This document shows positions 22,667 to 33,168 of a DNA stretch of 64,000 nucleotides, one piece after another. The first letter of the stretch is position 1; each line of letters begins with the position of its first letter. Source of the stretch: Chloroflexota bacterium. Lineage in GTDB: Bacteria > Chloroflexota > UBA11872 > VXOZ01. The stretch spans positions 928,001 to 992,000 of the forward strand of contig OZ244922.1 of assembly GCA_965221905.1 (NCBI GenBank), written 5' to 3'. The notes below the pieces were generated by a model. It was not told the DNA's origin. It ran no database searches and saw only the letters and a list, made by a program, of their open reading frames with translations. Made by a program: the position numbers and the translations under genes.

Positions 22667-23434
22667 ATGCTTGAGTCAGACGACCTCGCCCAACTCTACG
22701 ATCTTGAATACGACGACTGGGACGAGGACAGCGCGTTCTGGCAGAGCTTTGCCGCGCGTACGGGTGGCCCAATCGTCGAGCTTGGCTGCGGCACGGCCCG
22801 CGCCCTGGCGCCATTGGCGCAACGCGGTTATAGAGTTGTCGGCATCGATTCTTCGCGGGCCATGCTGGAACGCGCAGAAGAACGGTTCCAAGCATATGGC
22901 ATTGACGACGAAGATTTCCAGCTTGCGTGTGAACCTATGGAATCCGCCGCGATCTCCGAGCCGGGGCGCCTCGTCTTCTCTGCGCTGAACGCCTTCGCCC
23001 ATTTGACGACGCCCCTGCAACAGACTCAAGCACTCGACGCCGCCCACCGCATGCTCCACCCTGAGGGGTTGCTCGTGCTCGATCTCTTCAACCCACTCAC
23101 GCAGGAGTATGACGAACGCGACCGCATGGTGACCCTGCGCAACGTCTTGGCAGACCCGCGGACCGGCGCACCCATTCAGCAGTTCGAGGTGTGGGAGGTG
23201 GACCGCGATACGCAGGTGGTGCAAATCACATATCTTTACGACCATTTACAGGCCGACGGCAGCATTCGCCGCACTACAACCACGTTCCCCATGCGATACT
23301 CCTACCGCTATGAGATCGAGGCAAGGCTGGCTCAGTCGAACTTTGCAGTCGAGAACGTCTTCGGCTCGTATGAGGCCGATGCGTTTACGGGCAGCGAGGA
23401 GAAGATGATTTTCGTGGCCCGCCCGCAACGGTAG
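22667..23434 (+). CDS. Class I SAM-dependent methyltransferase
   Basis: ELGCGTAR, GIDSSxxML and LHPEGLLVLD motifs. Confidence 0.9.
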   Translation: MLESDDLAQLYDLEYDDWDEDSAFWQSFAARTGGPIVELGCGTARALAPLAQRGYRVVGIDSSRAMLERAEERFQAYGIDDEDFQLACEPMESAAISEPGRLVFSALNAFAHLTTPLQQTQALDAAHRMLHPEGLLVLDLFNPLTQEYDERDRMVTLRNVLADPRTGAPIQQFEVWEVDRDTQVVQITYLYDHLQADGSIRRTTTTFPMRYSYRYEIEARLAQSNFAVENVFGSYEADAFTGSEEKMIFVARPQR

Positions 23435-23585
23435 AATGTGCAATTGATTCACGCCATTCCGAGCGTGGCATAGCCCGTGCGAGAATTGCGCGCGGGGTAC
23501 CGGTGGGAACACGGAAGTCGAACGTGCTATTCTGAGTATGAGCCTTTCCCCGAGTGCACTGCATCAGATGTGAAAATCATCTCCT

Positions 23586-24464
23586 ATGGCAACAAAAATC
23601 GAACGAAAGCCGGACTGGATCCGCGTCCGCTGGAAAGAGGGCGACCAGTACCGCGAACTCAAGCAGATCATGCGCGGGATGGACCTGCATACTGTCTGCG
23701 AAGAGGCGCGGTGCCCGAATATCAGCGAGTGCTGGAATTCGCGCACGGCGACGTTCATGATCCTGGGGGATACCTGCACCCGCGCGTGCAGCTTCTGCGC
23801 GGTAAAGAGCGGGCGTCCCGCGGGTCTGGACAAGATCGAACCCATCCGCGTGGCCTGGGCGGTGAAGCAGATGGGGCTGCGCCACGCCGTGATTACGTCC
23901 GTGGCTCGCGATGACTTGGAAGACGGCGGCGCGCAGATCTTTGCCGAGACCATCCGCAAGGTGCGGGAACTCAACCCGGATTGTTCCATAGAAGTGCTCA
24001 TTCCCGACCTGGACGGCAAGCACGACGCGCTGAAAGAGGTGGTGGCGGCCAAGCCGGCAATCCTCAACCACAACGTGGAGACCGTGCCCCGCCTGCAACG
24101 CCGCGTGCGCCCCAAAGCCCGCTATGAGCGTAGCCACTGGGTGTTGCGCACCACCAAGCTGCTCGACCCGGACATGCTAACAAAGTCCGGCATTATGCTC
24201 GGCTTAGGCGAGACCTGGGACGAGATTGTGCAAACCCTCACGGACATGGCCGAAACGGGTGTGGACATATTCACCATCGGCCAATACCTGCGCCCTTCCA
24301 AGAAGCACCAGAAGCTGGAACGCTACTACCGCCCGGAAGAGTTCACCGAACTCAAGGATATCGGCGAGTCCCTCGGCATCCGCCACGTCGAATCCGGCCC
24401 CCTCGTCCGCTCCTCCTACCACGCCCGCGATCAGGTTGAAACGCTACAGGATAAGGCAGAGTAG
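23586..24464 (+). CDS. lipA: Lipoyl synthase
   Basis: CEEAxCPNxxEC, CTRACxFC and RSSYHA motifs. Confidence 0.98.
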   Translation: MATKIERKPDWIRVRWKEGDQYRELKQIMRGMDLHTVCEEARCPNISECWNSRTATFMILGDTCTRACSFCAVKSGRPAGLDKIEPIRVAWAVKQMGLRHAVITSVARDDLEDGGAQIFAETIRKVRELNPDCSIEVLIPDLDGKHDALKEVVAAKPAILNHNVETVPRLQRRVRPKARYERSHWVLRTTKLLDPDMLTKSGIMLGLGETWDEIVQTLTDMAETGVDIFTIGQYLRPSKKHQKLERYYRPEEFTELKDIGESLGIRHVESGPLVRSSYHARDQVETLQDKAE

Positions 24465-24480
24465 CCAATTCTGTGGGTCG

Positions 24481-24672
24481 TGTCATTCCGAGCGCGCCTT
24501 AGTCTCGCACTCTACACGGGATTGGAGTGTAGAGCGTGCGTTCTGCTGGGTCGCCATCATTTGCCAAGGTGTAGCAGTTGATTCGTAGCGCGGGGGCTTG
24601 CCCTCCCCTCGCCATCGGGCTGTATGCGTGGGGTGCGGAGAAGATGGATTCCCGCGAAAGCGGGAATGACGG
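24481..24672. repeat. Cluster of palindromic repeats (family A halves, a GTAG-type REP and a hairpin)
   Basis: TGTCATTCCGAGC, CTCTACAC...GTGTAGAG, GTAGCGCGGGGGCTTG and GATGGATTCCCGCGAAAGCGGGAATGACGG. Confidence 0.7.
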
Positions 24673-24753
24673 CCTGAGTTGCGTTTAATTCAATTGCAAT
24701 GAGGATATATTTCCTCAAGAGCTACCAAACAAAAGAGAGACTGGCAGGGCAGT

Positions 24754-25503
24754 ATGACGCAATGGTTTGAGGACGAATCTCTCTGGGTCGAGACGTATCC
24801 GTATATGTTCTCACCGGCGCGATTCGCTGCCGCCGAGGAGGAGATCGATCCGCTGCTTAGGCTCATTGGGATGAGGCCGCAGTCGATTCTCGACCTTTGC
24901 TGCGGGCCGGGACGCTTTGCCGTTCCCCTGGCTCGGCGCGGCTTTCGCGTCACCGGTGTAGACCGGACGACGTTCTTTCTCGACAAGGCCAAGGAGAGAG
25001 CAGCCGCGGAAAACGTCGTGGTCGAGTGGATCCAAGAGGACATGCGGACGTTCGTACAGCCGAGCGCGTTCGACCTGGCCCTCAGCATGTTCACGTCCTT
25101 CGGCTACTTCGACGACAAGGCAGAGGACTTAACGGTGCTGCGGAATGTCCACGAAAGCCTGCGGCCGGGCGGCGCTCTGGTCATGGACGTGGTGGGCAAG
25201 GAACGGCTGGCACGGACGTTTCAACCCACAAACTCCAGGAAACAGCCCGATGGAGCCGTGGTGATCGATCGCCGCGAAGTCTACGACGACTGGACGCGCG
25301 TACGCATGGAGTGGACGATAATTAAAGGCGATGCTGTGCGCGTCTTCACTATCCACCATACGGTCTACTCCGGCCAGGAACTCAAGGACAGACTTACCGC
25401 CGTGGGATTTGGCGACGTCAGGCTCTACGGCGATATAGACGGCGCACCCTACGGCCGCGAGGCCGACCGCCTGATCGCCGTCGCGCGTAAGCCTGCTGAG
25501 TAA
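24754..25503 (+). CDS. Class I SAM-dependent methyltransferase
   Basis: LDLCCGPGR, DMR, FTSFGYF and LRPGG motifs. Confidence 0.92.
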   Translation: MTQWFEDESLWVETYPYMFSPARFAAAEEEIDPLLRLIGMRPQSILDLCCGPGRFAVPLARRGFRVTGVDRTTFFLDKAKERAAAENVVVEWIQEDMRTFVQPSAFDLALSMFTSFGYFDDKAEDLTVLRNVHESLRPGGALVMDVVGKERLARTFQPTNSRKQPDGAVVIDRREVYDDWTRVRMEWTIIKGDAVRVFTIHHTVYSGQELKDRLTAVGFGDVRLYGDIDGAPYGREADRLIAVARKPAE

Positions 25504-25858
25504 AGTCAGCAAGCTGCCGCCGATTTCGCTGCAACGGTCCCTGGATGTGGGGTCCGGCGCAGCAAGCAAATTGCAGGGATCTGGTCGCGCAGAGTTACTC
25601 GCAGATAGGTCCGCAGGCAGAGGCAAGTCTCACGAGTCTGGTTGGAGTGCATAATTCAATTATCCAACGGGCTTGCTAATGCTCAATGGCTGGGTTCCAG
25701 TCCGATAGTACCTTGCTTTTGTGTACCATGCGATAATTGTGATGAAGCGCTGAATTTCAGTGGGTAGGGACACTATCATAGAAGACAAGGGTCACGTTTG
25801 CCGCGCAAGTTGCCTTTGGTAAGCGACGCGGTGGGCGCAATGGATTAGAGAAAGTAAC

Positions 25859-26182
25859 ATGGCGAAACAGATTCAGTCCGCGCCACAGATACCGGTACCG
25901 CGAGAGCTAATTGCTGCGGTCTGCCTGCGGTATCACATTCGCACACTGGCGCTCTTTGGCTCCGTATTGAGCGAGGACTTTTCGTCCGACAGCGACGTTG
26001 ACGTGCTCGTGGAGTTCGAGCCGGGGCGGACGCCCGGATTCTTTGCGCTGGCGCGGATCGCGCGGGAGCTTTCACCGCTATTCGGTGGGCGCGAGATAGA
26101 CCTGCGGACCCCACTCAGTCTTTCCCCGTACCTTCGTAGTGAAGTCGTGAATTCGGCATATCCAGTCTATGGATACCCTTGA
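25859..26182 (+). CDS. Minimal nucleotidyltransferase (MNT) antitoxin
   Basis: LFGSVLxxDFxxDSDVDVLVEF (GSx10DxD). Confidence 0.92.
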   Translation: MAKQIQSAPQIPVPRELIAAVCLRYHIRTLALFGSVLSEDFSSDSDVDVLVEFEPGRTPGFFALARIARELSPLFGGREIDLRTPLSLSPYLRSEVVNSAYPVYGYP

Positions 26183-26501
26183 CCGCGTTCGTCTTGGGCA
26201 CATGCTGGAGGCTGGGCAGGAAGCACTGACCTTCGCCGAAGGCAAGACACGCGCCGACCTGGAGTCAAATCGCATGTTAGCGCATGCCCTTGTGGAGTGT
26301 CTGCGTATCGTCGGTGAGGCCGCACGGCAAGTCTCCTCAGAAACCCGCCAACAGTATCCTGCTATCCCGTGGCGAGACATCATTGGCATGCGCAACCTGC
26401 TTGTACATGAGTACTTCAGAATTGACCATGACATTGTTTGGCAAACCGTCACCGTAGAGCTACCCGCGTTGGTCCATGCACTGGAGGAACGCCAAGCGTG
26501 A
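26169..26501 (+). CDS. HEPN (DUF86/HepT) ribonuclease toxin
   Basis: IVGEAA and IPWRxIIGMRNLLVHEYF (Rx4H); overlaps the MNT stop. Confidence 0.92.
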   Translation: MDTLDRVRLGHMLEAGQEALTFAEGKTRADLESNRMLAHALVECLRIVGEAARQVSSETRQQYPAIPWRDIIGMRNLLVHEYFRIDHDIVWQTVTVELPALVHALEERQA

Positions 26502-27253
26502 GCAGACCAATTGGAGCGTTGCAACGCCATCCCTGCGCCTTGATTGATCTGGGCATGGTGCCGTACCGCGCTGCCTGGGAATTGCAGCGGCGCTTGGCGG
26601 CGGCGCGGCAGACGGACGCGATCCCCGACGTTGTGCTACTCCTGGAGCATCCGCACACCTACACGATAGGTCGCAGGGGAGATGACCGTGAGGTGCTCGC
26701 CACGCCGGAGCACCTTCATAGGCTGGGAGCGACCGTGGTGGAGGTGGACCGGGGCGGACTGGTGACCTATCACGGGCCGGGGCAACTGGTGGGATATCCC
26801 ATCCTCGACCTCCGGCCGCGCGACCGTGACGTGCATCGGTACCTGCGGGACCTCGAACAGGCCCTCATCGACACGCTGCAGGAGTGCGCCATACCGGCGC
26901 AGCGCATCGAGAAGAAGACGGGTGTATGGGTGGGTGACCGCAAGATTGCCTCCATCGGCGTACGTTTCAGCCGTTGGATCAGCAGCCACGGCTTCGCTCT
27001 CAACGTCACCACCGACCTCAGCTACTTTTCCCATATTGTGCCCTGCGGCATGCCGACGGTCACGATGACGTCTGTTGCACAGGAGACGTCCGTTGCACAG
27101 GAGGCCGACACAGCCGACATGGCTTGGCTCCGCGCGCGCATCGCGCACCACCTGGCGCAGGTCTTCGCGCTTCGGTACCTGGACGACTTTCCACCCACGC
27201 TGTGCGACATGCTTGCGGCAATTCAAGAAGATAGAGTGGAAGCGCTGCGGTAA
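26498..27253 (+). CDS. lipB: Lipoyl(octanoyl) transferase
   Basis: LLLEHPHTYTxG, RGGxVTYHGPGQLVGYP, KIASIG, HGFALN and IVPCG motifs. Confidence 0.96.
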   Translation: MSRPIGALQRHPCALIDLGMVPYRAAWELQRRLAAARQTDAIPDVVLLLEHPHTYTIGRRGDDREVLATPEHLHRLGATVVEVDRGGLVTYHGPGQLVGYPILDLRPRDRDVHRYLRDLEQALIDTLQECAIPAQRIEKKTGVWVGDRKIASIGVRFSRWISSHGFALNVTTDLSYFSHIVPCGMPTVTMTSVAQETSVAQEADTADMAWLRARIAHHLAQVFALRYLDDFPPTLCDMLAAIQEDRVEALR

Positions 27254-27321
27254 TTGCCACGGCCGCAGGTCTTCCTCCGCTACCTTGCCGCAGCCTTGCG
27301 TGAGGTGTGATTTCCACAGGA

Positions 27322-27378
27322 GCCGTTCATGGTTCGACCCCGCGGCAGGCTCAGGGCAGGCAGGCTCGCCACGTACGG
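27322..27378. repeat. Palindromic repeat family B, nested copy
   Basis: CCGTTCATGGTTCGAC...CAGGCTCAGGGCAGGCAGGCTCGCCACGTACGG. Confidence 0.65.
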
Positions 27379-27634
27379 AATCTGTGCCTACTAACCACGA
27401 AGTGGGTGCCCAAACGCCACGCACGGAATCCCCGTACACCCCGAACGGGAGCCCCGCTCTTTTCGAATGGCCAATCCGGCTAGGCATGATCGTCTGGAGC
27501 GCGGTTCACTGCCCAATCGCAACTTGCTCGCAGCCAGCATGCGGGGTACACTTGCGCTCAATGCAGCGTTTTCAACGAAGTCAGCCTTCACAGATCGAGC
27601 GCAGCCCATTGCAACCACGGCACGGTCTTCTTCG

Positions 27635-28858
27635 ATGAAGCCGTCATCCGCCCATGTCTTCACCCTCTCGTGGGCTGCAATGTCTGCCTTCTTCGTCATC
27701 CTCTTCTTCAATGTTGGCGCTGCCAATCCGCCGCGCGCGCAACTGCCGGTCTACGTAGAGAGCGTGCTGGCAGCGGCGCCAATCGTCACCTCAATTGTCC
27801 AATCCACGTTTCACATCGTTTTTGCGGCGATGCTGCTGGTTGGCGGCTTTCTCGCCGACCGTTTCCGTCCCAAGCGGACATTTGTCATCGGCTTGCTGAC
27901 ACCGGCCGTTGCCGGCTTTTTGTTTATTGCGCAGGAGGTCTGGCAACTCGCGCTCGTAGCGGCGCTCACCGGCGCCTTCTTTGCGTTGCACGCTGCCGGC
28001 AGTCGGGCCTATCTCGTGCTGGCGGTGCCGCTCAAACGCATGGGACTGCTCGGCAACCTCTATGAGCTTGGGTTTACGTTGGGCGCAGCTCTCGGCAACG
28101 CCGCAGTGGGCATCATCGCCGCGCGGTCCGGCTTTCCACTCGCCGGCATTATCATCGTAGCGTTGGGATTTCTCACCGCTCTTGCCGCGCAGCTTTGGCT
28201 GCCATCGGTCAAGCCGAAGGTAGTGAGTGCCGAGCCCATAACGCTAGGGAGCTACTGGCAGATGGTGCAGCGCCGCTCGGTGCAACTCTTGCTCCTCTTG
28301 CGCGCTCTGCCGACGATCTATTGGGCCACCGGGCAACTGGTGATCGGCATCCAACTCTTGCGATTGACAGAGTCTCCCGTAGCGCCGGCCCTTTTCTACG
28401 CGGCAAGCCTCTTGGCGATTGGCACCACCATGATGCCTGTGGGCTGGGCTGCCGATCGGTGGGGCAGCGCGCATCCGGTAGTCGCGTCTACTGTGCTGGT
28501 GATTGTCGGGTCGGTGTTGGCGGCAATATTCATAGGCAATGTATGGGGGCTGGCCTGTGGGGCCTTTGTGGGGCACCTCGGCGCATGGTGGCTCTCCGGT
28601 CTCTTTCCGCTGCTCGTTGCTGAAAGCGGAGCGCACGACGAACAAGGCCGATTGACTGCCGTCACGGAGATGGCGTGGAGCCTTGGCGCGGTGGTGGGCG
28701 CTTTGGGAGCCGGAGTGCTCCTGACCCTCCATCTGAGCGCGCCGTTCTTGATGGCGGCATGGCTGAACATACCAACGCTTTTCGTTGCCATGCTCGTCGC
28801 GAGCGGCGGGCACAGGGCATTTTCCAAAGAGCAGGTTGCAACGAACGAAGCAGGATAA
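27635..28858 (+). CDS. MFS transporter (paralog 1); start approximate
   Basis: About 12 TM helices; motif A GGFLADRFRPK and GWAADRWG. Confidence 0.88.
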   Translation: MKPSSAHVFTLSWAAMSAFFVILFFNVGAANPPRAQLPVYVESVLAAAPIVTSIVQSTFHIVFAAMLLVGGFLADRFRPKRTFVIGLLTPAVAGFLFIAQEVWQLALVAALTGAFFALHAAGSRAYLVLAVPLKRMGLLGNLYELGFTLGAALGNAAVGIIAARSGFPLAGIIIVALGFLTALAAQLWLPSVKPKVVSAEPITLGSYWQMVQRRSVQLLLLLRALPTIYWATGQLVIGIQLLRLTESPVAPALFYAASLLAIGTTMMPVGWAADRWGSAHPVVASTVLVIVGSVLAAIFIGNVWGLACGAFVGHLGAWWLSGLFPLLVAESGAHDEQGRLTAVTEMAWSLGAVVGALGAGVLLTLHLSAPFLMAAWLNIPTLFVAMLVASGGHRAFSKEQVATNEAG

Positions 28859-28891
28859 CGCACGAAGGTTAAGGGGAGGAAATTGTAGCAT

Positions 28892-30136
28892 ATGGTCTCA
28901 AAGTTGCACGCGCGTATGGGCAAATTAGGCACGTGGCGGCCGGTCCTGATAATGTTCGGCCTGCTCTTCCTAAACCTGACATTCATGAGTCCGGCGCAGG
29001 GCCTTCTTCCGGTCTTTGTCGAGAAGGTGCTCGAGCGGTCTCCCTTCTTTACCGCGATTGTCGTCTCGCTGAACACGGCGGTCTATGGCGTCATGCTGTT
29101 GGTCGGCGGAGTGCTGGCCGACCGTCTGGGCGCGAAATGGACGTTAGTTCTGGGGTTCTGCGGGGCGATCGCGGTGGGTCTTATGCTGCGATTGGAGTCG
29201 GCATGGATGTTGCTTATCATCGCGCCGGTGTACGGTCTGCTTTTCTCGTTTATGACCACGGGGAGCCGCTCGTACCTAGCGCGTGCCCTGCCGTTGACGC
29301 AGATGGGCATCGGCGGCGCTCTGTATTTCTTGAGCCTCATCGTCTCTATGGCGGTTGGCAGCGCAATAGGCGGCAGAATCGCGGATACGGTGGGATTTGG
29401 CACATTGGGCCTGATTTCCATTATCGCCGGTGTTGTGCTCGTGCCGCTGACTGCCTGGTTGCTGCCTTCCGTCCACGCCGAACCCGATAAGACGGAGTCC
29501 GGTGACGAATCCCCGCAGAACAAAGCGAGGTTCACGGACTACCTAGACATGTTGCGCGACTCGCGCATTCTCGCCCTCTGCGGCCTGCGCTTCTGCGCCA
29601 CGTACTTCTACGGCACTATGAATTTGCTTTTGGTGCTGCAACTCTTTCGGCTTACGGAATCGGTCACGTTTGTGGGGCTTTACGGCAGCGTGATCCTGTT
29701 TATCATCGGGCCGACACAACTTGCAATCGGCTGGATTGCAGATAAGCGCGGCCGGGAAGGGCCGGTGCGCATGGCAGCCGTGCTCGTGATGGGCGGTGCC
29801 GTGCTCATAACGCTCCTCATCAACAACGTTTGGGGTCTGGCCGCCGGCGGTCTTTTGGCTAATATGGGCGCCTGGTGGTTTTCAGGGCTCTATCCGAAGC
29901 TGGTGGCGGAGGCCGGCCCGCCGGAGGAGCAAGGACGCCTCATCGCCATTACGGAGTTCTTTTGGGCTGTGGGCATTTTGGCGGGAACGCTCATCTCCGG
30001 CGCACTGGTATTGGTCTTTCTGCAACTGCCGTTCATTGTCTGCATAGCGGTCACGATTCCCATGTTCCTATTGGCCTTGCTGGTTGCGCGGGGCTACCAT
30101 CGGGCACCTGAGGAACGTGCGAAGGCTGCCAGTTAG
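28892..30136 (+). CDS. MFS transporter (paralog 2)
   Basis: GGVLADRLGAK and GWIADKRG; shares GSRxYL, NVWGLA, GAWWxSGLxPxLVAE and EQGRLxA with paralog 1. Confidence 0.9.
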   Translation: MVSKLHARMGKLGTWRPVLIMFGLLFLNLTFMSPAQGLLPVFVEKVLERSPFFTAIVVSLNTAVYGVMLLVGGVLADRLGAKWTLVLGFCGAIAVGLMLRLESAWMLLIIAPVYGLLFSFMTTGSRSYLARALPLTQMGIGGALYFLSLIVSMAVGSAIGGRIADTVGFGTLGLISIIAGVVLVPLTAWLLPSVHAEPDKTESGDESPQNKARFTDYLDMLRDSRILALCGLRFCATYFYGTMNLLLVLQLFRLTESVTFVGLYGSVILFIIGPTQLAIGWIADKRGREGPVRMAAVLVMGGAVLITLLINNVWGLAAGGLLANMGAWWFSGLYPKLVAEAGPPEEQGRLIAITEFFWAVGILAGTLISGALVLVFLQLPFIVCIAVTIPMFLLALLVARGYHRAPEERAKAAS

Positions 30137-30522
30137 CAAAAGCCAACAGCCAAGAACGCACACGATGTCTGCTGGCGGAACGATGCCACTTGTCCAAAGC
30201 AGACTTTCCTCTACTGCCGTTGATTGAAGGCGAACGGGATGGGAGCGAGATGGATGGAGCACCGCTACTCTTGGTAGCGCAGGTTTGAAACCTGCGTCCG
30301 CTTGGTGCTAATGCGTTTGCGAAGGTTATCAGGATCTCGAAACGACAACGGAGAGGATTTGTCCTAAACACGGTCTATACACCGGTGGAGGGGGGCGAAC
30401 CGCTCCTGACTTGTGCTCCCGTCCACTGTGAATTGGGATCTCTTACCGTTGTGAACCATCCCATTCCTGGGTGTATAATCGAATGCGAAATGCGGAACAA
30501 CAGGAATTGAGAAAGCTGCTCC

Positions 30523-31311
30523 ATGATCATCGACGTTCACGTTCATACACGCCTGGGGCCGGACCCCGGGGGATTCCAGTACCTGCTGGACCAAGCAGAG
30601 GCTCTCGACGTGACTCTCTGCGTTAACAGTTTGAGCCCGAAAGACGGCACCGGCATGCCTTATGATCCGACCGAGGACGAAGTTAAGCGCTGCAATGACT
30701 GGACCGCAGAACTGGCTGCCGCCCATCCGGCGCGCATAATTCCGATGTGGTACCTCAATCCGGCGCACGGCGACTTCGCCTGCCGGGAGCTTGAGCAGCG
30801 CGTTGCAGCGTATACAGGTCTTCAGGGAGTAAAACTCTGGGTAGCGGTGCGCTGCAATGACTCGCGTCTCGACCCCATCATGCGACTTTGCGCTACCCAC
30901 AAATTGCCGGTGCTGCAGCACACGTGGTTCAAGGTCACGGGCAATCTGCCCGGAGAGTCCACGCCAATGGATCTGCGCGTCTTGGCGTTGCGGCATCCGA
31001 GCGTTAGTTTCTTCTGGGGCCACAGCGGCGGCGACTATGAGTATGGGGCCAAGTGCGCGCGCGGCCTCCCGAACGTTTACATGGACCTGGGCGGTGGCGA
31101 AGCCATGAGCGGCTACGTTGATATACTTGCGGAGCACGAGACCGCCGATCACATCGTCTTTGGCAGCGACGCGCCGGGGCGCTCGCTCGCTTCCCAGCTT
31201 GCCAAGGTGTATGGCGCGGATCTCGATGACGAAGAGCGTGAGAAGATCCTCTACCGCAATGCGCAGGCTATCTTCGCTCGCCAAGAAGTAACCAACGGAG
31301 CAACGTCATGA
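30523..31311 (+). CDS. Amidohydrolase_2 family protein (metal ligands intact)
   Basis: IIDVHVH, GVK, PVLQH, GHSGG and FGSD motifs. Confidence 0.9.
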   Translation: MIIDVHVHTRLGPDPGGFQYLLDQAEALDVTLCVNSLSPKDGTGMPYDPTEDEVKRCNDWTAELAAAHPARIIPMWYLNPAHGDFACRELEQRVAAYTGLQGVKLWVAVRCNDSRLDPIMRLCATHKLPVLQHTWFKVTGNLPGESTPMDLRVLALRHPSVSFFWGHSGGDYEYGAKCARGLPNVYMDLGGGEAMSGYVDILAEHETADHIVFGSDAPGRSLASQLAKVYGADLDDEEREKILYRNAQAIFARQEVTNGATS

Positions 31312-32075
31312 TCGATGCCAACGCGTATGTGGGCAATTGGCCGTTTCGCCAGTTGCGCTACACCACACCGGCCGCCCTGCTCGGCAAGATGGACGCGCTC
31401 GGCATCGAAAAGGCCGTGGTGTCGTCGCTCGAGAACGTTTTCTACAAAGACCTGCTTGCAGGTAACCGAATTCTCCATGCCCTGGTGAAAGCGCACGCGG
31501 ACCGCTTCCTCCCCGCGTTCACCATCAATCCGACCTTTCCCGGGTGGGAAGAAGACCTGGAGATTTGCGTGCAGGAATTAGGCATGCGTGTCATGCGGCT
31601 GCATCCGAACTACCACCAATACGCGCTGGACGCGGCAGAGTGCACGGCGGTGCTGGAAGCAGCCCGCGCGCACGGGTTCGTAGTGATTGTCACTATCGGT
31701 ATGGAAGACACGCGCCACCACCACCCGCTGATAAAGGTGCCCGATGTGCCGAGCGGGCAGGTGGCAGCGGCCGTCTCCGCATTTTCTGACGTGCCGTTTC
31801 TCGTTGCCGCCGGTTCGTTCTCAGCGCAAAACGCGGTATGGGCGCAGTCCACGCACACAGGAAACCTCAATATCGACATTTCACGGGTGCAAGGGCCGGT
31901 GGGAGATATTGAGAAGCTCTGCGAAACGATGGGCGCCGACCACGTGCTATTCGGCACCAACTTGCCGCTGCACGTGCCCGAAGCTGCGACGATGGCAATT
32001 GAGCATGCCAAGATCAGCGCTGACGAACGCCGGATGATCGTGCAGGGCAATGCCGCGCGCCTGTTCGGCCTTTGA
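31308..32075 (+). CDS. Amidohydrolase_2 family protein (metal ligands degenerate)
   Basis: IDANAYVGNWPF, RLHPNYH, FGTNLP and NAARLF; start overlaps the upstream stop (ATGA). Confidence 0.85.
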   Translation: MIDANAYVGNWPFRQLRYTTPAALLGKMDALGIEKAVVSSLENVFYKDLLAGNRILHALVKAHADRFLPAFTINPTFPGWEEDLEICVQELGMRVMRLHPNYHQYALDAAECTAVLEAARAHGFVVIVTIGMEDTRHHHPLIKVPDVPSGQVAAAVSAFSDVPFLVAAGSFSAQNAVWAQSTHTGNLNIDISRVQGPVGDIEKLCETMGADHVLFGTNLPLHVPEAATMAIEHAKISADERRMIVQGNAARLFGL

Positions 32076-32298
32076 TGTAGGCGACCCTAACGACACGAGC
32101 AGGGCCTTCGCTTCTCCTACTTAGAAGGTGCTGCCGCGCACTGGTATGTGTTCGCCCCCAACCGCCAATCCCGTTCGGATTGAACCTATTCTGGCTTCTC
32201 TCCGCAAATGCTAGGGCAAAGAGGAGGCAGGTTACAAACCTGCGCTACTGGAGTGAGTCGACGATGTAGGCGTGCATACTGTCTTTAGGCGAGGCGAT

Positions 32299-33138
32299 CT
32301 AAGACTGTCGTGCCTGGGCGTGGAATTGGGTGCCGACTTGGTCGTCGGTAAGTAGCTGGCGCAGGACGGCGTGCGGCTCGCGGCCGTCAACGATGTGGGC
32401 GGACGGCACCCCTTCCAAGGCATCCAAACAGGCAGTGACTTTTGGGATCATACCCCCGGAGATCGTGCCGTCGCGGATGAGTTGCCGTGCTTTAGCGGCC
32501 GTAAGGGAAGGCAGTATGTCGCCGTCCTTGTCCTGCACGCCCGGCACGTCGGTGAGCAAGAGGAAGTGACGAGCCGAAAGCGCCTTGGCAATATCGCCTG
32601 CCACAGTGTCGGCGTTGATGTTGAGAAGCTGTCCTTCTTCCGTGATGCCGAGCGGGGCAATAACCGGCACGGCTCCGGCTTCCCCCAGGGCCACAAACAT
32701 CGAGACATTCACCTTCTCCACTTCACCCACAAATCCAAGTCCGGCAGGATTCTTGCGCGGCCTCGCCAAGAGCAATGTGCCGTCCGCGCCGGTCAGGCCG
32801 ATCGCGTTGATCCCGCGCGCGTTGAACATTGCCACCAAATCGCTATTCACCTTACCGGCGAGGACCATTTGCACCAGTTCCAGGGCATCGGCGTCCGTGA
32901 CCCGCAAGCCCTGCACGAACTTTGCTTCTCGGCCTAAGGTCTTTTCCCATTCCGTCACTGCCTTGCCGCCGCCGTGCACGATAACGGGGAACACGCCGGC
33001 TTCCCACAACGCATTGACGTCTTCGCAGAATGCCTCGTGATGAGGCAGTACGTTGCCCCCAATTTTGATTACCACAGCCTCTTCGCTAAGTGTGCGGAGT
33101 CTCGACAGTGTTCCGATGAAGTGTTCATATGCTGCCAC
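32299..33138 (-). CDS. argB: Acetylglutamate kinase
   Basis: KIGG, VHGGG, GLRVTD, NINADTVA, LTDVPGV and GGMIPK motifs. Confidence 0.97.
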   Translation of the reverse strand: MAAYEHFIGTLSRLRTLSEEAVVIKIGGNVLPHHEAFCEDVNALWEAGVFPVIVHGGGKAVTEWEKTLGREAKFVQGLRVTDADALELVQMVLAGKVNSDLVAMFNARGINAIGLTGADGTLLLARPRKNPAGLGFVGEVEKVNVSMFVALGEAGAVPVIAPLGITEEGQLLNINADTVAGDIAKALSARHFLLLTDVPGVQDKDGDILPSLTAAKARQLIRDGTISGGMIPKVTACLDALEGVPSAHIVDGREPHAVLRQLLTDDQVGTQFHAQARQS

Positions 33139-33168
33139 TATCGTCTGCTCCTTTGCGATTGTGTCCCA

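Noticed and set aside
27322-27360. GGTTCGACCCC resembles a tRNA T-arm
   Set aside because: It is part of a family B repeat; no cloverleaf, D-arm or anticodon arm can be built.
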